A DNA stretch of 7,712 nt from a metagenome. A model generated the notes under the pieces. The model did no database searches and had not been told where the DNA came from. It saw only the letters and a list, made by a program, of their open reading frames with translations. The position numbers were made by a program, and so were the translations under genes. Shown here one piece after another: positions 1 to 4,751 of the stretch; position 1 is the first letter of the stretch; each line of letters opens with the position of its first letter. The stretch is from the sequence record KOPF15-1_SAMEA7422966_METAG-scaffold_9799. One strand, given 5' to 3'.

Positions 1-178
1 GGAGAACGCCGGACTCACGAGCGTCGGCCATAAATATTCCCAAGGAATTTCGTCTCGAGGAAAAGAGTCATCGTAAAATGAACAAACAACGGTTGACGAA
101 AGGGTCTCAGTCGACGAAACTCACGAGTACCTACATGTTTTAACGGTTCACGAAGCAGAAAAACGCTTCAGAATTGAA

Positions 179-191
179 TTTTCCCGCCAAA
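179..191 (+). promoter_or_regulatory. Candidate E2F-type site TTTTCCCGCCAAA, about 70 nt upstream of the proposed RecA start codon
   Basis: tttcccgc at 180-187 matches the E2F consensus TTTSSCGC, and the flanks give the extended TTTCCCGCCAAA form typical of plant E2F targets. It lies in the promoter-proximal gap. It is a single short motif, and one or two chance TTTSSCGC matches are expected in a GC-rich window of this size. Confidence 0.3.
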
Positions 192-258
192 TGCATTGTT
201 TGTTTTCTTGTCTTCGTCGTTGCCGATCGGAACGGAACGGACCGGCAGAGAGCCGCGC

Positions 259-537
259 ATGCTCGGACGATCGACGAGATCGATCGCACGCGTCGTCGCA
301 GGACACGCCGTCAAAAGTTTTGAACAACGAATCGCGCCGGGTAAACTCACGACGACGACGATGATGTCGGCGCCGCCGACGACGACGACGACGACGACGA
401 ATGTGGCGATGATGCAGAAGATCTTTGGACGAAGAAACGTGTCGAGCCGTGGTGGGAAGATGGCGCGCGCGGCGCGCGCGACGAGTCGGGCGGATGACGC
501 GAAGGAAATGAAAGGGGATGGGTCCGCGGCGGCAAAG
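259..537 (+). CDS. recA: RecA exon 1: Ser/Thr/Arg/Ala-rich N-terminal presequence (probable organelle transit peptide), 93 codons
   Basis: The frame is open from 196 to 582. The track start at 196 is TTG, and the first in-frame ATG is at 259 (alternatives at 361 and 364). The donor aag|gtacgg at 537|538 leaves phase 0 and joins in frame to 771. The peptide MLGRSTRSIARVV...TTTTMMSAPPTTTTTTT...ARAARATSRADD has few acidic residues in its first part, as transit peptides do. The exact start codon is uncertain, and an out-of-frame ATG at 191 lies upstream. Confidence 0.6.
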
Positions 538-595
538 GTACGGAGAGCGTTCGTTGGAAGCGACGATCGATCGTCGTTTTGATTTGATTTGGATG

Positions 596-619
596 CATTC
601 ATTCATTCATTCATTCATT
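596..619. repeat. Microsatellite (CATT)x6 inside the RecA intron
   Basis: Direct reading: cattcattcattcattcattcatt. Confidence 0.95.
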
Positions 620-667
620 TGAAATGTTGTTGGATTAATCAAATCCAAACCGCGCGAGGTTTCACGG

Positions 668-686
668 GACGCGACGCGACGCGACG
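668..686. repeat. Microsatellite (GACGC)x3.8 inside the RecA intron
   Basis: Direct reading: gacgcgacgcgacgcgacg. Confidence 0.95.
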
Positions 687-708
687 TGTGTCGGATTGAT
701 GTGCGCGC

Positions 709-727
709 GATAGATAGATAGATAGAT
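709..727. repeat. Microsatellite (GATA)x4.75 inside the RecA intron
   Basis: Direct reading: gatagatagatagatagat. Confidence 0.95.
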
Positions 728-770
728 GACTGACGATGATATTGGCTCTTCTTTCCTCGCGCGCGAATAG

Positions 771-1865
771 AAAAAAGCACTCGACCGCGTTCTCGACGAG
801 ATCGACTCCAACTTTGGCAAGGGCTCAATCATGCGATTGGGCACGGCTGGTCAAGCCAAGGTTGCGACGTTTCCGTCTGGTGCGATGACGCTCGATCTCG
901 CGCTCGGTGGTGGTTTGCCGCGCGGACGCATCGTTGAGGTGTACGGACCGGAATCTTCCGGTAAGACAACCTTGGCGCTTCACGCCATGGCGGAGATGCA
1001 AAAGCTCGGCGGCACCGTCGCGCTCATCGACGCCGAACACGCGTTCGATCCGGAATACAGCGCCCGACTCGGGCTCAACGTGGACGATCTCATCGTGTGC
1101 CAACCGGAAACGGGTGAAATGGCGCTCGAGGTTGTCGATACCCTCGTTCGCTCTTCCGCCGTGGATTTGATTTGCGTCGATTCCGTCGCCGCTCTCGTTC
1201 CGCGCAGTGAAATCGAAGGCGAAATTGGCATGGTTCAAGTCGGCGCCCACGCGCGTCTCATGTCCCAAGCGCTCCGTAAGATTAACGTCAACACCGCCAA
1301 GGCGAACACCACCATCATCTTCCTCAACCAGCTTCGTTCCAAGGTGGGCGTCATTTACGGCAACCCGGAAATCACCACTGGCGGTAACGCGCTCAAGTAC
1401 TACTCGAGCGTCCGTCTCGACATTCGTCGCAAGGAAGTCATCAAGGGTAAAGCGGGTGCGGATGACGAGGGTGTTCGCGTCAAGGTGAAGGTTGCGAAGA
1501 ACAAGGTTGCGCCGCCGTACAAGGTGGCTGAGTTTGACATGATGTTCGGTCGCGGCATCTCCAAGGATGGATGCATGTTGGACGCGGGCGAAAACGTCGG
1601 AGCCATCGAGCGCAAGGGTGCGTACTATTACTTCAACGGCGAAAAGCTCGGCCAAGGTCGCGAGAAGGCGATCACGTTCATGGACGAAAACCCGGAAATC
1701 AAGGCTGCGATTGAAGCCGACACGCGCAAGCGCCTCGCGGAGCGTCTCGCCATCGCGCAAGGCTCCGCCGCTCAAGGCTCTTCCATGGATGAGGGTGACG
1801 CAATCGCGGACGACGAAGACGCCTTCTTCGGCGATGAAGAGGAATTGGAGTCGGCCGCGCGTTAG
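771..1865 (+). CDS. recA: RecA exon 2: complete RecA recombinase core and acidic C-terminal tail (364 codons plus TAG)
   Basis: Full-length colinear similarity to bacterial RecA by eye. Walker A GPESSGKT is at 945-968, and Walker B is [10 protein letters not shown]. Other matching blocks are [45 protein letters not shown] and [13 protein letters not shown]. The acidic tail is [19 protein letters not shown]. Stop TAG is at 1863-1865. Confidence 0.95.
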   Translation, partial: KKALDRVLDEIDSNFGKGSIMRLGTAGQAKVATFPSGAMTLDLALGGGLPRGRIVEVYGPESSGKTTLALHAMAEMQKLGGTVALIDAEHAFDPEYSARLGLNVDDLIVCQPETGEMALEVVDTLVRSSAVDLICVDSVAALVPRSEIEGEIGMVQVGAHARLMSQALRKINVNTAKANTTIIFLNQLRSKVGVIYGNPEITTGGNALKYYSSVRLDIRRKEVIKGKAGADDEGVRVKVKVAKNKVAPPYKVAEFDMMFGRGISKDGCMLDAGENVGAIERKGAYYYFNGEKLGQGREKAITFMDENPEIKAAIEADTRKRLAERLAIAQGSAAQGSSMDEGDAIADDEDAFFGDEEELESAAR

Positions 1866-1948
1866 ACTGATGATTTCTCCGTAATTTGCGTGCGTTTTTT
1901 CCTGACGATGATGATTCTCTACTGGTACGGTAGTACCAAAGTCTTCCG

Positions 1949-1953
1949 TGTAA
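1949..1953 (+). terminator. Possible poly(A) signal TGTAA in the RecA 3' region
   Basis: TGTAA lies 83 nt after the RecA stop. UGUAA is the known poly(A) signal in Chlamydomonas-type green algae. Whether it is used in this lineage is not known to me. Confidence 0.25.
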
Positions 1954-2003
1954 AATTTACGAAACGAAACCAAACGAAACTAATCAACAACTAAACAGTA
2001 GTG

Positions 2004-3269
2004 CTAATACCGTTCGAAACGCTCAGCGGCGGCGCCTTCGTCGAAAATATTGTCACCAAGCATGACGCGAGACGCGAGCGCCTTGTCCGCACGCTTCTTC
2101 CGCCGCTCGTCAAAGGCGGTCCACCCGTCGAGCTCGCGCAAAGCTTCGATTCGCGCCGGATTCTGGCGTAAACAAATTTCATGCAACGACGTTGACTCAC
2201 GCAACACGACGGGCGGTACCCCCGACGCGTCGATGGCGTTATCGGAAAGGTCGAGCACTTGGAGCATTTTCAACTCGGCGAACGATTCCGGAATGGCGCG
2301 AATCGTTTTATTACCGCTCGCGTCCAAGAGTTCCAACGCCGAGTTGCGCCGCAAATCGCGCGGCAACTCGGATAGGCGGTTGTTCGCGAGCGACAAGTGA
2401 CGCAGACCCTTCATCCCGGAGAAGAACCCTTCCGGAATGACTTCAATCGCGTTTCTCGCGAGCGTGAGCGTCTGAATCGACTCGTTCGTCGTCGGCGGCG
2501 TCGTCGACGGTTCTACGAATAAGCCAGTCAACTCGTTTCCGCTCAAATCGACGCGCGAGAGAGATTTTAGCGACGCCAACGCGGCCCAGGGAACGGCGTC
2601 CGCGTCGCGCAGCGCGTTATCCCGCATCACCAACCGCGTCAAACCCGTGAGTGAGGCGATTTGGTTCGCCGGTAATCGCTCTATGACGTTAAACGCGCAA
2701 TCGAGCACGCGTATTCGAGAACGGAAATCGTCGTCGTCGTCGTCAAAGAGCGCGCTCGGCATCGCGTCCAACCCTTCGTTTCGCGCACCGACGATTCCAG
2801 TCGCCTTCCAAGACTCTATGCGCTGCTGGCGCTGTTTCGTTTTCGACGTTAAAGCCGAAGCTTCGCTCCGTTTCGCCTCTTTGGCCAACCTCGCCGCTCG
2901 AAGCGCCTCGACGCCTCGACGCGACCCCCCAGCCGTCGTGGTCGTCCGCTTGCTCGCACACCCCTCATCCGAAGACACCAAGAGCATCAACCGCAAAAGA
3001 CTACTACCACTACTAACACCACCACCACCACCCTTTTTATTCTTCCTCGTATCGATTCGACCGACATCGTTCCCTTTAAACTTGATCCCGCCCGGTCCCA
3101 AAAACGTCAACGCCGACGCCGGCGCGTGCCTCGTCGCCTCCTCACACCCCTCTCGAGTCACCCGCGTCACAAACTCCACCGTCAACGCATCGCGCATCAC
3201 CCGCGTCTTCACCCGCGTCTTCCCACCGTGTCGAACCTCGACGTCGACGACAGAATCATCGTCGTTCAT
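2004..3269 (-). CDS. Leucine-rich-repeat protein, LRRC57-like, with a roughly 150-aa N-terminal extension
   Basis: The 422-codon track ORF begins with GTG at 3272, and the first ATG is at 3269-3267 (MNDDDS...). About seven LxxLxLxxNxL repeats are visible (LDCAFNVIERLP, LVMRDNAL, VDLSGNELTG, LTLARNAIEVIP, LSLANNRLSELP, LDASGNKTIRAIP, LDLSDNAI). The entry segment WKATGIVGARNEGLDAMPSALF and the C-terminal segment RQNPARIEALRELDGWTAFDERRKK resemble animal LRRC57 as I recall it. Stop TAG is at 2006-2004. Confidence 0.85.
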   Translation of the reverse strand: MNDDDSVVDVEVRHGGKTRVKTRVMRDALTVEFVTRVTREGCEEATRHAPASALTFLGPGGIKFKGNDVGRIDTRKNKKGGGGGVSSGSSLLRLMLLVSSDEGCASKRTTTTAGGSRRGVEALRAARLAKEAKRSEASALTSKTKQRQQRIESWKATGIVGARNEGLDAMPSALFDDDDDDFRSRIRVLDCAFNVIERLPANQIASLTGLTRLVMRDNALRDADAVPWAALASLKSLSRVDLSGNELTGLFVEPSTTPPTTNESIQTLTLARNAIEVIPEGFFSGMKGLRHLSLANNRLSELPRDLRRNSALELLDASGNKTIRAIPESFAELKMLQVLDLSDNAIDASGVPPVVLRESTSLHEICLRQNPARIEALRELDGWTAFDERRKKRADKALASRVMLGDNIFDEGAAAERFERY

Positions 3270-3275
3270 CACGCA

Positions 3276-3521
3276 TCAATCACTTTCCAACTGTTTTCGC
3301 CTCTCGACAAACTCCACGCACGGTTCACACGTCACCCGCGTCGACGGGTCCCGACCTTGACCCAGCGCGACGCCCCCGCACTCACACCTCGGTCCGCACT
3401 CGCACTCGCCGTGCCCGCACGCGGCGTTCACGCACGGTTCGATCGACCGCGTCGTCGCGAATGCGATCTTTCGCGCCTGAAGGTCGTCTTGTTGTGTTTT
3501 CGACGAGTTCTGATGCGTCAT
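3276..3521 (-). CDS. Small cysteine-rich ORF (81 codons, 8 Cys), putative metal-binding peptide. It may be the first cistron of a bicistronic mRNA with the LRR gene.
   Basis: True ATG at 3521-3519 and TGA at 3278-3276. The Cys pattern is C-x4-C-x4-C-x-C-x3-C-x-C-x16-C-x2-C (CVNAACGHGECECGPRCECGG...CEPC). The CxCxxxCxC part is metallothionein-like. Third-codon positions are GC-rich like the neighbouring genes. I do not recognise a family, and the short length keeps confidence moderate. Confidence 0.45.
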   Translation of the reverse strand: MTHQNSSKTQQDDLQARKIAFATTRSIEPCVNAACGHGECECGPRCECGGVALGQGRDPSTRVTCEPCVEFVERRKQLESD

Positions 3522-3566
3522 TGAGTGACGCGCTCGAAAGATTTGATTGATCGATCACTCAGCATC

Positions 3567-3662
3567 ATGGGTGCGGGCGCGAGCACGTTGAATGCGGAAG
3601 ACGTCGTGAAAACGGCGTCGATGCCGACGGCGCACGATTTACCCCTCGGTGACGTCGATGAG
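3567..3662 (+). CDS. Cyclophilin exon 1 (32 codons, MGAGASTLNAEDVVKTASMPTAHDLPLGDVDE)
   Basis: The ATG has a strong context (agcatcATGG). The donor gag|gtgcgt at 3662|3663 is phase 0 and joins in frame to 3835. An upstream exon is needed because the conserved first beta-strand (NPLVYFD) in exon 2 has no upstream in-frame ATG after the TAG at 3832-3834. Confidence 0.62.
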
Positions 3663-3834
3663 GTGCGTGCGTGCGGGTTTCGTTATAAGCTTTAAAAAGA
3701 GGAGGACGCGAACGAAACGAAACGATGATGAAATGGGTTTGTTTGCTGACGCACGCACGCGGCGACAGCAATGAGTCAATCCAAACCAATCCGACTGACA
3801 CGATGTGAACCGCCGCGTACACGCGCACGAATAG
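3663..3834 (+). other. Spliceosomal intron of the cyclophilin gene (172 nt, GT-AG)
   Basis: The donor is GTGCGT, and the acceptor aatag|acg contains the in-frame TAG at 3832-3834. ACTGAC at 3794-3799 lies 36 nt before the 3' splice site, the same spacing as in the RecA intron. Confidence 0.78.
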
Positions 3835-4506
3835 ACGAACCCGTTGGTGTACTTTGACATGCAACTCGGCCGAGGATCGTCCGGGACGAAACTCGGACGA
3901 ATCGTGATGGAACTGAAAGCCGACGTCGCGCCGAAGACGGCGGAAAACTTCAAGCAGCTCTGCCTCGCCCCCGAAGGCGAGGGGTACCGAAACTCCCGGT
4001 TCCACCGCGTGATTCCGTCTTTCATGTGTCAAGGCGGGGATTTCACCGCGGATAACGGTACGGGTGGGCGATCCATCTACGGGCGGACGTTTCCGGATGA
4101 AAACTTTACGCTTCCGCACGCGGGGCCGGGCGTCTTGTCCATGGCCAACGCCGGGCCGAACACGAACGGGTCTCAGTTTTTCATCTGTACCGTCGCCACG
4201 CCGTTTCTCAACGGTAAACACACCGTATTCGGTCAAGTCGTCGAGGGGATGTCCGTCGTCAAGGCGATCGAATCCGTCGGTAGCCGCGGCGGCGAAACCG
4301 CCGCCGACGTAATCGTCGGCGACTGCGGCGTCGTCCGGGCGTCGGCGGCGGGCGTCGGCGGCGCGACAAAGCGTAGAACGACGACGACGACGAATACGAG
4401 GACGATGGCATCCAGGACCAACACCAACGCCCGTCGTCTCGCATCCACCCTCGCATTCCGTCGTTCCATCGTCGGTTTCGCGTTACGTCGCTGCGTCGTC
4501 TTGTAA
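3835..4506 (+). CDS. Cyclophilin-type peptidyl-prolyl cis-trans isomerase, exon 2: full catalytic domain plus a roughly 57-aa basic/Thr-rich C-terminal extension
   Basis: Colinear with human CypA over the whole domain. Matching blocks are [81 protein letters not shown] and VIVGDCG. The track start at 3844 is TTG. Stop TAA is at 4504-4506. Confidence 0.93.
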   Translation, partial: TNPLVYFDMQLGRGSSGTKLGRIVMELKADVAPKTAENFKQLCLAPEGEGYRNSRFHRVIPSFMCQGGDFTADNGTGGRSIYGRTFPDENFTLPHAGPGVLSMANAGPNTNGSQFFICTVATPFLNGKHTVFGQVVEGMSVVKAIESVGSRGGETAADVIVGDCGVVRASAAGVGGATKRRTTTTTNTRTMASRTNTNARRLASTLAFRRSIVGFALRRCVVL

Positions 4507-4653
4507 GTAACGCATCAGTAAAGCAAGTATCAGATAAAGTAATCGACGACGACATCACGACACCGTCGGCGGCGTTCGACACGAACGCGTAACGAATTCC
4601 CTCGCGCACATTCCTCGCGCATAGATAGATTTCCCCGAATCACTCGTCATCTC

Positions 4654-4689
4654 GAAATGAATGAAATGAACGAAATAAACGAAATAAAC
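4654..4689. repeat. Tandem 9-mer x4 (GAAATGAAT GAAATGAAC GAAATAAAC GAAATAAAC) in the gap upstream of the hydrolase gene
   Basis: Direct reading. It is followed by (AC)n-like acacacac and lies 63-98 nt upstream of the ATG at 4752. Confidence 0.9.
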
Positions 4690-4751
4690 ACACACATTTC
4701 ACTTTTTGAAGACGTGTTCAAAACGCGTTCGTTACGACGACGCGTCACAAC

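Larger units (their letters stand above)
538..770 (+). other. recA: Spliceosomal intron of the RecA gene (233 nt, GT-AG)
   Basis: The conserved RecA N-terminal helix ([24 protein letters not shown], compare E. coli [25 protein letters not shown]) is open from 771 with no ATG. It is preceded directly by an in-frame TAG at 768-770 that forms the acceptor (gaatag|aaa). A pyrimidine tract ctcttctttcctc lies upstream. ACTGAC is at 729-734, 37 nt before the 3' splice site. The donor GTACGG is at 538. Confidence 0.8.

Noticed and set aside
1-31. Possible start of a minus-strand gene running off the left edge (ATG at 31-29, MADARESGVL...), divergent from RecA.
   Set aside because: Only 10 codons are visible, so there is no way to tell it apart from a chance ATG.
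960-965. GTAAGA donor-like hexamer in RecA.
   Set aside because: It lies inside the Walker A codons (GGT AAG ACA = G-K-T). The RecA alignment is uninterrupted across it.
771-1865. A prokaryotic reading of the window, such as a bacterial recA neighbourhood, defence island or operon.
   Set aside because: The RecA reading frame is interrupted by an in-frame TAG with GT-AG boundaries. The cyclophilin needs a spliced upstream exon. The tRNA has a Pol III T-run and no encoded CCA. No Shine-Dalgarno-like spacing or co-directional operon structure is present.
1923-1938. Hairpin TGGTAC-ggta-GTACCA in the RecA/LRR convergent gap, considered as a terminator-like or SECIS-like structure.
   Set aside because: It has only a 6-bp stem and no flanking AUGA/GA kink-turn motif. 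Rho-independent terminators do not apply to a eukaryotic nuclear locus.
825-1973. 382-codon ORF antisense to RecA, plus other long ORFs in the track that overlap recognised genes: 148-606, 168-602 and 347-598 (-); 2647-3360 (+); 3565-4236 (-); 4745-5341 (-); 5789-6154 (+); 6452-6907 (+); 6582-7004 and 6728-7234 (-).
   Set aside because: They lie opposite or out of frame to ORFs with clear family signatures. They translate to Arg/Ser/Val/Thr-rich low-complexity strings typical of CGN/ACG-repeat DNA, where stops are rare in all six frames. Many start at non-ATG codons, which a eukaryotic nuclear gene would not use.
3276-3278. In-frame TGA between the Cys-rich ORF and the LRR ORF read as selenocysteine (green picoalgae do encode many selenoproteins), or as programmed readthrough.
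   Set aside because: There is no ATGA SECIS core on the minus strand in the 138 nt downstream of the LRR stop (no 'tcat' on the + strand in 1866-2003). The D-U-C-V context is not a known redox motif. The TGA-T context is not a known leaky context. A bicistronic arrangement or separate ORFs explains it more simply. This cannot be fully excluded without a SECIS covariance search.
3232-3281. A small intron removing the TGA, which would fuse the Cys-rich ORF to the LRR ORF.
   Set aside because: The only GT...AG pair I could find on the minus strand spanning the stop (GTGATTGA...GTCGAG) is 47 nt. That is not a multiple of 3, so it would break the shared frame. It also has no pyrimidine tract or ACTGAC branch motif like the two confident introns.
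3469-3476. Further E2F core matches: TTTCGCGC at 3469-3476 and GCGCGAAA at 6464-6471.
   Set aside because: Both lie inside coding sequence and lack the extended consensus. About this many chance hits are expected for a degenerate 8-mer in a CG-rich window.
3723-3749. Box C/D snoRNA in the cyclophilin intron (ATGATGA at 3723-3729, CTGA at 3745-3748). A similar TGATGT...CTGA pair occurs in the RecA intron (696-733).
   Set aside because: The C-like and D-like boxes are only about 15-30 nt apart, far shorter than any box C/D snoRNA. No terminal stem brackets them directly.
4503-4508. Consensus-looking splice donor GTAAGT overlapping the cyclophilin stop codon. Splicing there would remove the stop and the CaaX-like end.
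   Set aside because: There is no downstream segment with cyclophilin-like or otherwise convincing coding character before the next gene. The two supported donors here are GTACGG and GTGCGT rather than GTAAGT. I noted it only because it bears on the CaaX hypothesis.
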